Positions 35,698 to 45,608 of a stretch of DNA of 64,000 nucleotides are shown here, piece by piece. The position numbers were made by a program, and so were the translations under genes. The DNA comes from a virus: positions 42,285 through 106,284 of IMG/VR virus record IMGVR_UViG_3300020473_000023; one strand, written 5' to 3'. Below the pieces are notes generated by a model. That model worked only from the letters and a program-made list of their open reading frames with translations. It did not search any database and was not told where the DNA came from. Position 1 is the stretch's first letter, and each line of letters starts with the position of its first letter.

Positions 35698-35919
35698 TCA
35701 CCTACTATATATCATCCTCTTCAAGTTCCTGACGTGATTATCGTAGTCAGAAAACTCAGAATTAAGAAACTCTAATGATAGATTTTGACACTTCTGATCG
35801 GGATCAGCAAATGTAAAATTAAATTTTCCCGACTTCAGTCTTTCCGCCCTAATAAGCTTTACACCCTTCATTAATAAAAAGGCAGCAATAGAGAGGTCTG
35901 GGGTTGAATATTCTTTCAT
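35698..35919 (-). CDS. DUF5659-like small protein
   Basis: YSTPDLSIAAFLLMKG...F.F pattern. Confidence 0.6.
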   Translation of the reverse strand: MKEYSTPDLSIAAFLLMKGVKLIRAERLKSGKFNFTFADPDQKCQNLSLEFLNSEFSDYDNHVRNLKRMIYSR

Positions 35920-35954
35920 CTAGTTAAATTCCAAGGTTGAGTGATATCTCACAA

Positions 35955-35962
35955 ATAAGTAT
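35955..35962 (-). promoter_or_regulatory. putative late promoter
   Basis: ATACTTAT upstream of 35919. Confidence 0.45.
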
Positions 35963-36028
35963 CATTCAACACAATAACTTCAAAAATGAAAGAAAGATTT
36001 TCGATAAAAATAAACGTGGTTCACATAG

Positions 36029-37282
36029 CTATGTGGTCGGTGCATTTGTTGAATAGTTTGCAAAAATGACGCTCCCAGACTCAGGAAGAGAGCCAGTTGT
36101 GAAGTACATATTTGATCCTGTTACTGAGTAATCTTGATATCCTGCACTGGTAATCGACGTTGCTGGAGCTTGGAAAATACCGTTAACAAAAACAGAGACG
36201 TTCTTTACATTGTCGGGTTGATAATTCAATGTAAATTTTGTATTGGAGCCATTGCTCATTCCAAGATACTCACTAAACACATAGCTTGGTGATGATATTG
36301 TAATTGACCCACCAGTTCCAGAAGAAACAGAGGCAGCGCCTGCAGACCTAATATAGCTTGTCCCATCAGATAGCTTTGTAATAGACCCAGTTATTTGAGA
36401 AGACTTTACAGGACCAGAAAATACTGAACCTGTAAGAGTTGCAATAACAGAATTATTTACAGACAGCGTTAAATTTCCATTCGCACCTGAGTCTGCAGAG
36501 CTTAATCCGGTTCCTGCAACTAGAGCTCTTTCTGCGCTTAGAGACCCAGTCGCTGTCTTGACAAGATACGTTGCATTTGGATCTCCGTCTCCGCCACCGC
36601 TGCTGCCACTAGAGACAACTTCATCAAGCATTTTTCCGACATAGGCAAAAGCTTTTGCATATGCTGGTATCTTACCTGAATCATAGTCCTGTAAGAATAA
36701 TATTCCATTATAATAGTCTACATTCCAGTCAATATTGTCCAAAAGGGGGATCTCATCGCCAACAGACCCGCTATCATCTTCAAAAATTTTCACTATATAC
36801 GGATTTGGTGAGTCCTGTGAAAAGAACGGAGGAATTAGCTGAAGCGAGCCAAGTGTTTCATGAACGATCTTGTTATTGTTAAACGTTCCATTTCCCTCTC
36901 TGGAATTGCTAGAGTTTGACACATAGTCGGAAGGCATTACAAACTTATAACAGTGCGGACCAGACGACTGAGATGACTCTCCAGAATCTGATCCAGCACC
37001 ACCGCCAGAAGAGTCAGCATCGTATGTAGTTCCAGTTAGTACTGTGAGGGCAAATTGAATATATTCAACAGTTGCCGGAGCACCGTTTGAAGCACTTTGA
37101 AGCAGATAGAGCGTCTGACTTGGGCCCGTAGGTATCTCTTCTCCAAATATAAGCTTTGATGAAGCTTGGATGTTTGATCCAATAACTTCCTCACCGTCAA
37201 CTTTTAGATTTGATGTGTGAGCTTTCCCAAGTAGCTTCTTCTGTGCGAAGAAAGTTGCTGAAGTGTTACTTTTTCCTGCCAT
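36029..37282 (-). CDS. virion structural protein
   Basis: 417 aa S/G/T-rich; WNVDYYNGILF; C-terminal NGSNTKFTL...VFVNGIFQ...DY module typical of tail/baseplate appendages. Confidence 0.7.
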   Translation of the reverse strand: MAGKSNTSATFFAQKKLLGKAHTSNLKVDGEEVIGSNIQASSKLIFGEEIPTGPSQTLYLLQSASNGAPATVEYIQFALTVLTGTTYDADSSGGGAGSDSGESSQSSGPHCYKFVMPSDYVSNSSNSREGNGTFNNNKIVHETLGSLQLIPPFFSQDSPNPYIVKIFEDDSGSVGDEIPLLDNIDWNVDYYNGILFLQDYDSGKIPAYAKAFAYVGKMLDEVVSSGSSGGGDGDPNATYLVKTATGSLSAERALVAGTGLSSADSGANGNLTLSVNNSVIATLTGSVFSGPVKSSQITGSITKLSDGTSYIRSAGAASVSSGTGGSITISSPSYVFSEYLGMSNGSNTKFTLNYQPDNVKNVSVFVNGIFQAPATSITSAGYQDYSVTGSNMYFTTGSLPESGSVIFANYSTNAPTT

Positions 37283-37283
37283 A

Positions 37284-40200
37284 CTAGCTCCAAGCCACGC
37301 TTACTTGTGACACATATCCGGTCCAGCTTTTATGAGCAGATATCTTTATTACGAGATATTCTTGACCTGATACAGTTCCATCTACTGTAGATCCATTAAA
37401 CGTGCACGAGTTTGCTGCACCACCACCATCGACAGTTGCATCGAGGTCTCCGCTTAGGCAGCCATCTCCAGCACTAATGTTTCCTGCTCCGGCAGAAGGC
37501 TTACCTAGATCTAAAAATCCCGTCTTTCCTGGAACATTAACTTCAATAAAGATATTTTTATTAGCACCTAGAGAAGCAGCATTTCCCCCTGTCTTTCCTA
37601 CAATTGTAGCATCTCCATATACTGTAATTGTCACACTGGGTCTATCGTTTGCTGTGTTATTTAAAAATCCTCTGTAATATTCTCTAGTTGCAACACCAAG
37701 AGAGCTGTAGTTTACGTTGCTTATCGGACCATCAAGAACACCTCCCTCACTATATCTTCTAAAGTCTCCGCTATTGCCGCCCTTTAGTGGGCTTATTAGT
37801 TTTCCATCGTATAGCATAAGGCCTGTGTAATATCCAGAAAAATTACTATTATCATTGATTGACCCTGTAGATGACCAGTTATAAGCAACAGCAGTGACAT
37901 TTGCCTGTGCAGAAAAACTCCCACTCTGAATTCTAAATACCTCTCCATTAAAGTACTCAGTGGTATTTGCATTTGAATTATCGCTTGCAGAGTAGACATG
38001 AAGAATTGATGATGTCACAACAGACGTTGTTAGATTTGTCTTGAGTGGGTGATCAAAAACTAAAGATCCAGATGCACTATATGAAGTTGAAAAAGATCCG
38101 CTTAGCGATGATGATCGAGAAAACTGTATAGATCCTGTAATATGAACATCAGCATTTTGAGAATTTGTAGATGTGCTTAGTGTTTGAAGGCTGTCTGTAG
38201 AAGAGTTAGTTGACTTTGTCGAGGAAAGTCCGGTACCGGCCTGAACTATCTTTACACCTGTTGCATTTGTCAGATTTGTAAATGATATTGCTGAATTACT
38301 GTCTGAGTAAACGTTTTTATAGAGGTTTGACACCCTGGCTTCGATGCTTCCGCTCGGCTGTACAAAGTATTTTACACCGCTTAGGTAGAATAGATTGTCG
38401 TCTCCAAAGGGTTGCAGAATTAACCCAGCAGCACTTAGTGCGTTTGAATCATTGTCATTTACCCATTCAACATAATTTGTAGTTCGTGTCCCCCAGCTTC
38501 CAACATGCTTTACTCTTGCATAATTCCATCCATTTCTCTGATGCCCTGTATGCACTCTATACTTTCCTGTTCTATGTGTCTCAAGGTAGTAGGGAACTTC
38601 ATTATCCCACTCTGCAGGTCTCCAGACGCTTAGGTCAAAAAATCCACTATTGCTAGTAAAAGATGTGCCTGTTCCTGAGCCTGGCTCTCCGGCACCGACG
38701 TTATTATATGCACCTGCTAAGCTAACTGTATGAACATCAGAGCCATTTACCTCTAAGACTAATGATCCGCTACTTGCATCAGAGAATGAATTAGCAACAT
38801 AGTCTGGAGAATTTGCAGAAACATCTTCGTTTAAGTCTCCTTCAACGATCGTATTAAGTGCAAACACAGAGCGCCTAAGGTTGTTAGAAGAGGCAGCAGT
38901 CTGATATTTTCCATTAACATCTACAGCAGAAAATCCAGCAGCAGTCCCTACATCTGTATATCCCGATATTGACTTTGAAGATCCAAAAGAAAGATTACAA
39001 TCTGTACCATCATCATTGCAGTCAATATCATCTAGATCTGGAATAGCGGTTATTGTACCTGTTCCTGCTCCAAATGTAACAGTAATTTGGCTTATATAGC
39101 CTGTCCAACCAGTGTCTGCCTCAATTCTTAGTCCAATATATTCATCATCTCCGACTCCAACTGTACCAAGCGTAACATAGTTTGTAGCGTTTAAGCTGCT
39201 ATCAAAGCTTAGTGCGCCATTGGCTGTGTGTGCACCATCATTATCATCATAGTCATCAAGTACAAACTCAGTTGCTAGATCAAGCCAGCCAGTCTCCCTA
39301 GTTCCATCTGACGGGAATTTAACAAAGACTCTAATTCTCCCACTATTAAGTGCTGTCGCTGCTGTGACAATCGTTGTTCCCGATCCGTTAATTGCAATCG
39401 TTAGATCGTACTTTGTTGATCCAGTTTCATTTTTAAACCATCTATAGAATGTTCTCTGTCCGGACTCTCCAGAATAATTTGGATTTCCCGGTGGAGAATT
39501 ATCTAGCTTTCCGCTCTCTGAGGAGTCTCTAAAGTCACCCGATCTTAATGTACTAGTTGGCGAATAAAGTCTTGAGTTATAGAATTGCAACCCATTGCTA
39601 TGCCCACCGTTTGAGGATGTTATATGCTTCTCAGAATCCCAATTATTTGCAGAGTTGATTAAAGAAGCCTGTGTACTATAAGCCCCGCTAGTAATCCTAT
39701 ATTCTTCTCTTCTAAAGGTTTCTGACTGAGCTGTTGATGTATTTGACAAGTTATACATCAATATTCCTGTGGTGGATGCTTGACCACTATTTGAAAGATT
39801 GGACTTAAGTGGGTGTGTAACGTTTATACCGGCTGTTAGTGCTCCACTTATAAAGTAATTTGAAGTTACAGCCCCTGATCCAGTTATATGAAGAACCTTT
39901 GTGTGTGTTTCGCCTGCTCCTATGGAAGGCTTTGACTGTGCACTTATTGAGAATGATGGGCTTGAGCTCTCTGCAGCACTATTTGAAGTTGTAAAAGTTA
40001 TATTAGTACTATCATAAACATACTTGTATGCATTCGTGACCCTGGCAGCATACGTTGCTGTTCCGCTTTGAAAGTATTCAATTCCAGACAAATGGATGCT
40101 ACCGGAGCCTACAAATGATAATTCATTTCCTGCAGCAGCCAGGGCATCGGGATTGTCATCATTGACCCATTCAATATAATTTGTATTTGAGGTTGTTCCT

Positions 40201-41066
40201 GTCATAACATGTGAAACTCTAGCATAGTTCCATCCACGCCTTTGACTTCCTGATGCTATAACAAATTGACCTGTTCTGTGCTTAAAGGATGCAAAAGAAT
40301 TTCCATTTGAAAGTGTCCCTGTTGACTCAGTAGAAAAGAAATTAAAGCCGGAGCCATTTGCATCAAGATAGGAGCCCGTTCCAAGCCCAGATGTCCCACT
40401 TCCGATGATTGCAGTAGTTAGATCAATCTCCTTAATTGTAGACCCATTAACCTCAAGTCGAAGAACACCCGTCTCACCGTTTCCAAAGGAAAATTCAGGA
40501 TAATTTTGTACGCTATTTCCCTGGCTATTAGATCCTACGTCAGCATTTAAGACACCGCTTATGTGTGCATCACCATCAAAGACCCCAAGCCGTATATTAT
40601 TACTACTAGTCGTTACTGTATAAGATCCGTTTACATCAACAGCAGAAAGCCCAGCAGAAGTTGAAACACTAATATATGCAGGGGACCCAGAAGACTGGTT
40701 GTTGCTAGACCCAAAAGAAAGAATTGAAGCTGTCCCAGTATTTTTAGAGCTTATGTCATCTAGGTCCGGAGCGGGATCAGGCGCAAGTGCCTTAAGAACT
40801 TCATTAAATTTATCAATAGCTGTACCTATTGCTGTCGAAGAAGTAAAGCTAGAAAATAATCCGTCTGTGTAGTCACTATCTTCTGCGGTCCCAATTGTAG
40901 ATCCTGCTGATATTGATGCTGATATTGCAAAGGAACCAGATCCCATATCAGCTATTGTAATATTGTCTCCAGCCTTCAGAGTACCAGATAGAAATCCGCC
41001 AAATCCGTCAGCAATTTGAATAGACCCAACAGACCCTGAGGATTCAGTAACTCTAGTGGCTGTCAT
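37284..41066 (-). CDS. large virion structural protein with tandem domain duplication
   Basis: 1260 aa S/G/T/N-rich; two copies of PDLDDI...LEVNGS...HRTG...GWNYARV...NY.EWVND. Confidence 0.75.
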   Translation of the reverse strand: MTATRVTESSGSVGSIQIADGFGGFLSGTLKAGDNITIADMGSGSFAISASISAGSTIGTAEDSDYTDGLFSSFTSSTAIGTAIDKFNEVLKALAPDPAPDLDDISSKNTGTASILSFGSSNNQSSGSPAYISVSTSAGLSAVDVNGSYTVTTSSNNIRLGVFDGDAHISGVLNADVGSNSQGNSVQNYPEFSFGNGETGVLRLEVNGSTIKEIDLTTAIIGSGTSGLGTGSYLDANGSGFNFFSTESTGTLSNGNSFASFKHRTGQFVIASGSQRRGWNYARVSHVMTGTTSNTNYIEWVNDDNPDALAAAGNELSFVGSGSIHLSGIEYFQSGTATYAARVTNAYKYVYDSTNITFTTSNSAAESSSPSFSISAQSKPSIGAGETHTKVLHITGSGAVTSNYFISGALTAGINVTHPLKSNLSNSGQASTTGILMYNLSNTSTAQSETFRREEYRITSGAYSTQASLINSANNWDSEKHITSSNGGHSNGLQFYNSRLYSPTSTLRSGDFRDSSESGKLDNSPPGNPNYSGESGQRTFYRWFKNETGSTKYDLTIAINGSGTTIVTAATALNSGRIRVFVKFPSDGTRETGWLDLATEFVLDDYDDNDGAHTANGALSFDSSLNATNYVTLGTVGVGDDEYIGLRIEADTGWTGYISQITVTFGAGTGTITAIPDLDDIDCNDDGTDCNLSFGSSKSISGYTDVGTAAGFSAVDVNGKYQTAASSNNLRRSVFALNTIVEGDLNEDVSANSPDYVANSFSDASSGSLVLEVNGSDVHTVSLAGAYNNVGAGEPGSGTGTSFTSNSGFFDLSVWRPAEWDNEVPYYLETHRTGKYRVHTGHQRNGWNYARVKHVGSWGTRTTNYVEWVNDNDSNALSAAGLILQPFGDDNLFYLSGVKYFVQPSGSIEARVSNLYKNVYSDSNSAISFTNLTNATGVKIVQAGTGLSSTKSTNSSTDSLQTLSTSTNSQNADVHITGSIQFSRSSSLSGSFSTSYSASGSLVFDHPLKTNLTTSVVTSSILHVYSASDNSNANTTEYFNGEVFRIQSGSFSAQANVTAVAYNWSSTGSINDNSNFSGYYTGLMLYDGKLISPLKGGNSGDFRRYSEGGVLDGPISNVNYSSLGVATREYYRGFLNNTANDRPSVTITVYGDATIVGKTGGNAASLGANKNIFIEVNVPGKTGFLDLGKPSAGAGNISAGDGCLSGDLDATVDGGGAANSCTFNGSTVDGTVSGQEYLVIKISAHKSWTGYVSQVSVAWS

Positions 41067-41144
41067 TTTTTACCCCGAGATGATAACAAAAAGATCACAG
41101 ATGTTTCATAAAAGTACCATCTCTATGATCTATTGTTAAAAAGC

Positions 41145-41561
41145 TTACCGTTCCTTTTCAGTCCGCCTATCCTGATAGTCAGACCGAATAGTTTTAATTG
41201 GAACAGGCTCACCATCTCCATCTATTCTGACAAAAACCATATCAACAGAAACAACATTTCTCTGTGACCCATTGTAGACACTATGCCTTCTAGCTTCTAG
41301 CCTAATTGTAATTGATGAAGTTCCGATTCTTATAACATCAGCGTATATCTTAATAATCTGTCCAGCCCTAACAGGTTTCTGAAAGACTACTTCAGAAATT
41401 GACTTAGTAACCATTTTTGGTGTACCACACACTTGGGCTGTGAACGCAGCTCCTGCTTCATCAAGCCACGAAAGCATTACGCCTCCGAACAAGTTTCCAT
41501 GCATCCCTAAGTTCTGGGTCTTGCAAATGTGCGTTGATACAAGTTCCATTTTATGTCTCAC
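41145..41561 (-). CDS. acyl-CoA thioesterase (hotdog fold, YciA-like)
   Basis: HGNLFGGVMLSWLDEAG, VFQKPV, GTSSI, FVRID. Confidence 0.88.
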   Translation of the reverse strand: MRHKMELVSTHICKTQNLGMHGNLFGGVMLSWLDEAGAAFTAQVCGTPKMVTKSISEVVFQKPVRAGQIIKIYADVIRIGTSSITIRLEARRHSVYNGSQRNVVSVDMVFVRIDGDGEPVPIKTIRSDYQDRRTEKER

Positions 41562-41565
41562 AAAG

Positions 41566-42486
41566 CTATAGACAATACATAGGAGACTGTCTCACGATTT
41601 GAAGGTTTGATTCGAGATCAAATCCAGCGCAGTCAATCTTTCTCCTTGTCAGGTGAAAGTGATGAATAAAACCCTCAAACTTTCCCTTAGAAGCCTCTGG
41701 TGACACACCAGTTGACATCTCACCATTTTTCATTGGACAGGCTAATGGGATTCCGTATCCGATATGGATTGCTTTCCACAGCGCTCTGGCTGCCTCAATC
41801 TGTATTGGATAAAATCCGAGATGAGGCTTATGCTTGCTCCCATGGGTCCATGAATCCTCCAAAATTGGTCTAGCTCCCAGGCCATTTTTTTCATACCAGC
41901 TCTGATACTTTGTATAATACGCATTTGATATCTCCACACCAATAGATTTTTGATTCCACTTTTGACCACCGGCGTGCCAGGCACCGTGCTGAGTGTCTAG
42001 CAGCTGATAAATTGTACCATCATTATCAATACAAAAGTGAACAGAGGCACCTCTCTTCTTTAGTACATTTGCACATGAATCTGATGACAGGCAGACATCC
42101 CAGTGATTAACGAAGAATGTTGGCTTTCTTTCTGGCTTTCCTGAATAGTCGTAGTAGTTTCCCTTCTTTGTTTCTAGCCCTCCGTGCTCATCCCAAAGAA
42201 CAACCTTTTTCCACTCAATTGGAATGAACTTTCCATTATGAACTATCCATCTATTAGAGTCAAATCGCCTATTAGCTGGTTTAAAGCTAGATATTTCTGA
42301 CTCTCTTTCAGTCCAGATTCTTCTGTATGTGGTGGGCCCAACCAGGCCGTCAGCTGTTAGACCATTCTCTCTTTGCCACTTTCTAACTGCTGATGTTAAA
42401 GTATCGTCAAAATAATCACATCCAAACCATCCAGGCTCCCACCCAAGATTTGAGGCAGAAGATCTATTATAAAATACTTTATCCAT
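41566..42486 (-). CDS. endolysin: peptidoglycan-binding domain plus N-acetylmuramoyl-L-alanine amidase
   Basis: AVRKWQRENGLTADGLVGPTT; VNHW, SVHF, AWHAG, SIGVE, HH...KIDC. Confidence 0.9.
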   Translation of the reverse strand: MDKVFYNRSSASNLGWEPGWFGCDYFDDTLTSAVRKWQRENGLTADGLVGPTTYRRIWTERESEISSFKPANRRFDSNRWIVHNGKFIPIEWKKVVLWDEHGGLETKKGNYYDYSGKPERKPTFFVNHWDVCLSSDSCANVLKKRGASVHFCIDNDGTIYQLLDTQHGAWHAGGQKWNQKSIGVEISNAYYTKYQSWYEKNGLGARPILEDSWTHGSKHKPHLGFYPIQIEAARALWKAIHIGYGIPLACPMKNGEMSTGVSPEASKGKFEGFIHHFHLTRRKIDCAGFDLESNLQIVRQSPMYCL

Positions 42487-42489
42487 ATC

Positions 42490-43092
42490 TCACTCAAAAT
42501 CTATGTCAACTGAGACGTTAATGTTAAACTTGGGAACTCTTAGCTGATTTGCCATTCCATGCTTTTTAGCCTCAGTTGCATCTAGAAACCAATCAGCATG
42601 ACCCTTCCTGTGGACAATCTTAAGAAAATAATCATCTTTCTTTCCACAATTACGAGCCATCATTGAATATACTTTTTGATTTAGTCTGTCTGTCTCTTCC
42701 GCACTGACCTTGACTTCTTCAACCTTCCCCCACGCCATACTTGAAACGTCGTGAATCATCACAGTGGCATCAGGATCCATAAACCTCATTCCCTGCTCAC
42801 CAAAGGAAAAAAGTATGGCGCCGCAAGACATCGCTTTTCCTTCAACGATTGTAGCTATGGGAAGCTCTGAATGACTTATGGCACTAATCATGGACATCAA
42901 ACTGTAGACCTGTCCGCCATACGAGTCTATAACAACAGGAACTACCTTTTGTCCTGTATTGTGAGCTTGGGCCATTTGCTGCTGAAACTCTTTTGCAGAT
43001 TTTTCATCAAACTTATTTACAGTAATTATTACTGGATTTTTTCTTAGCTCCACTTCCTTAATAAGCGGAGACATACTAGTCGTCCATTTCAT
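42490..43092 (-). CDS. clpP: ClpP-family serine protease
   Basis: IDSYGG, AMSCGA, MIHD, DWFL...EAKKHG. Confidence 0.85.
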   Translation of the reverse strand: MKWTTSMSPLIKEVELRKNPVIITVNKFDEKSAKEFQQQMAQAHNTGQKVVPVVIDSYGGQVYSLMSMISAISHSELPIATIVEGKAMSCGAILFSFGEQGMRFMDPDATVMIHDVSSMAWGKVEEVKVSAEETDRLNQKVYSMMARNCGKKDDYFLKIVHRKGHADWFLDATEAKKHGMANQLRVPKFNINVSVDIDFE

Positions 43093-43108
43093 TGTATATA
43101 CTATTCCT

Positions 43109-45571
43109 TTAAGAGCACTTTGACCAGCCGCAAGACATGCATGTCACACAGCCTTCTTGATATCTTAGTGAATCCACTGCATCACAGCTTTCACAAATAT
43201 TTTTTCCTGGAGAGGTTCCATCCTGGATGTAAGTTTTTAGGACTCTTGCAATCACTCTGGAGAATGAAAACATATCCATTTCTCTATCTTTTTGAAGCTG
43301 TTCAACAACATAATTGATAGGTGCTCCGTGTCTCAATGCAAGAGAGATAGTCCTTGTAAATCCAGCGTGATTTGGATTATCAAACACATCAACAATATCT
43401 TTTATAAGAATTTCGTCTTCAGGGACACCAATTCTAAGATCATATCTAGAATTCTTCGTCTTATAGTGGTGCTTGATAATCGTGCCTTTTCTATACTTCT
43501 TAGGGATCTCTATATACTTCTGGAGACCTCCCATGACCTCATAGGGCCTTCCACCCATTAGGCCAACAAGAATAGTCCAGGCCTCACCCTTGATGGTTGC
43601 ATGGTGTATAGAGCACTCTAGCTCGAAGGGCCTGAAGGGTGCCTCGTGCGTCTTAAAGGCCTGGTCCTCTTCTTTTTCTTCTCCGATCAAGACGCCAGTT
43701 CTACATCCGTCTCTGTATACAGTTAAGCCCTTACAGCCTAACTCCCAACCTGCCTCATAAATCTTTTTTACCTCATCGACAGTCACATCACTGGGAAGGT
43801 TAATGGTAGAGGATATCCCGTGATCAATCCATCTTTGTGCCGCAGCCTGAAGCTTGACTCTTGATTTCCAGTTAATTTCACTTGCTGTTGACATGTGATA
43901 CGGAGAGTCTTCAATTTCGGAAAGACCAGTTTTATCCATCCAGTCTTTAAATCCATGATGATACACTTCATACTCCTTCCAGGAGTCTCCGAGATCATCT
44001 ATAAAGTCTGCCTCTACACCTTCAGTTGTCTGACTTATCTTTCTTCTTCTTGTGTATTTTAACATAAATGCTGGTTCAATTCCACTTGAGGTCTGTGTTA
44101 AAGTTGAGACAGATCCAGCAGGTGCAGTTGTTAAAATTGAAATATTTCTTCTTCCTGTGCTCTTGCTCATTTTAAGTGTCTGATTGCATGAATCCCAGAT
44201 TCTCTCTAGAAATGGGTGCCCGACCTCTCTATCATGATTGTGAATGGGGAAGGCCCCTCTTTCAGATGCCATAATACATGAAGACTTGTACGCAGAGACA
44301 GCAAGAGTTTTATATATTTCTTCAACTATGGTAATAGACTTTTCACTTCCGTATCTTATTCCAAGAGAGGCAAGTGTGTCTCCTACAGCAGTAACTCCCA
44401 GCCCCGTTCTTCTTCCATTTAGTGCCTTTTTTCTAATTGTCTCCCATAGATCCTTTTCAATCTTCTTGACTTCTTTGGCTTCCGGATCCCTCTTAATTTT
44501 TCTTAAAATCTTGTCTATTTGTTCAACTTCAAGATCAATCATGTCGTCCATTAGCCTTTGTGCCTTGACGGCACAGTCACCAAATCTTTCAAAATCAAAC
44601 GAAGCTGACTCAGTAAATGGATCATCAACAAAAGAAATAAGATTAACAAGCATCAGTCGACACGAATCATAGGGAGCAAGAGGTAGCTCAGAACAGGGAT
44701 TGGTAGAGGTTGTTCCATACCCCTCTTCTCCATAGACATCAGCAGGAGAATTTCTAATAACTGAATCCCAAAAAATTAAACCCGGCTCAGCAGAATCATG
44801 AGCAGCATCAATTATTTCATCCCAGATCTCTCTTGCATCAACCCAGCTTTCAACAATGTGATCTGCATCTTTCTCAACTGGAAACCTGAGGTGTAGATTT
44901 TCATTATTCTTAACAGCCGTTAAAAATTCATCAGAAAGCCTAATTGAAATATTTGCGCCTGTTACCTTCTTTCTGTCTCTTTTAATGTTGATATAGTCAC
45001 TAATCTGAGGATGATGGACAGAGATAGTAAGCATTAGGGCACCTCTTCTGCCTCCTTGTGCCACCTCTCTTGTAGAGTTGGAAAATCTCTCCATAAAGAC
45101 TTCTATTCCATCTGTAGTTCTAGCTGCATTTCCAGTCGGCAAACCTTTCGGCCTTAGGGTAGAAATATCAAATCCAACTCCTCCACGACGCTTGGCAATC
45201 TGAACAAGCTCTTGATCCGACTTTAGTATTCCTCCATAAGAATCTCTAGGCGATTCAATGACAAAGCAATTAGAAATAGACTGTATCTGATTATTGTTTC
45301 CAATTCCCGCCATGGGCGACCCTTGTGGGACTACGTATTTAAACTCTCTAAAGAGCTCGTAGATCTCATCTTCTGAAAGTGGGTTGGGATACTTTGATTC
45401 AATTCTAGAAAACTCTTTAGCAAGCCTCCTGTGCATATCATCAGGGGTTCTCTCTTGGTATCCTCCGGCACGATCACAAAGAGCATACTTGGTCGCAAAG
45501 ACACTGGCTGCCAAATCATCACCATTGAAGTATTCAGTCGAAGAACTGATCACATCTTCAAGTTTATGCAT
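43109..45571 (-). CDS. nrdJ: class II (adenosylcobalamin-dependent) ribonucleotide reductase
   Basis: SNCFV, GGRRGALM, TNPCSEL, APAGS, SSGIEP, SSTINLP, YRDG, C-terminal Cys cluster; no beta subunit nearby. Confidence 0.92.
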   Translation of the reverse strand: MHKLEDVISSSTEYFNGDDLAASVFATKYALCDRAGGYQERTPDDMHRRLAKEFSRIESKYPNPLSEDEIYELFREFKYVVPQGSPMAGIGNNNQIQSISNCFVIESPRDSYGGILKSDQELVQIAKRRGGVGFDISTLRPKGLPTGNAARTTDGIEVFMERFSNSTREVAQGGRRGALMLTISVHHPQISDYINIKRDRKKVTGANISIRLSDEFLTAVKNNENLHLRFPVEKDADHIVESWVDAREIWDEIIDAAHDSAEPGLIFWDSVIRNSPADVYGEEGYGTTSTNPCSELPLAPYDSCRLMLVNLISFVDDPFTESASFDFERFGDCAVKAQRLMDDMIDLEVEQIDKILRKIKRDPEAKEVKKIEKDLWETIRKKALNGRRTGLGVTAVGDTLASLGIRYGSEKSITIVEEIYKTLAVSAYKSSCIMASERGAFPIHNHDREVGHPFLERIWDSCNQTLKMSKSTGRRNISILTTAPAGSVSTLTQTSSGIEPAFMLKYTRRRKISQTTEGVEADFIDDLGDSWKEYEVYHHGFKDWMDKTGLSEIEDSPYHMSTASEINWKSRVKLQAAAQRWIDHGISSTINLPSDVTVDEVKKIYEAGWELGCKGLTVYRDGCRTGVLIGEEKEEDQAFKTHEAPFRPFELECSIHHATIKGEAWTILVGLMGGRPYEVMGGLQKYIEIPKKYRKGTIIKHHYKTKNSRYDLRIGVPEDEILIKDIVDVFDNPNHAGFTRTISLALRHGAPINYVVEQLQKDREMDMFSFSRVIARVLKTYIQDGTSPGKNICESCDAVDSLRYQEGCVTCMSCGWSKCS

Positions 45572-45608
45572 ATTTTAATCTCTCCAAGATTTTTAAAATT
45601 ACAGCAGA

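Noticed and set aside
42490-43092. ClpP as the prohead maturation protease
   Set aside because: It is not next to portal or capsid genes and sits in the replication/RNR run; cannot be supported from this window
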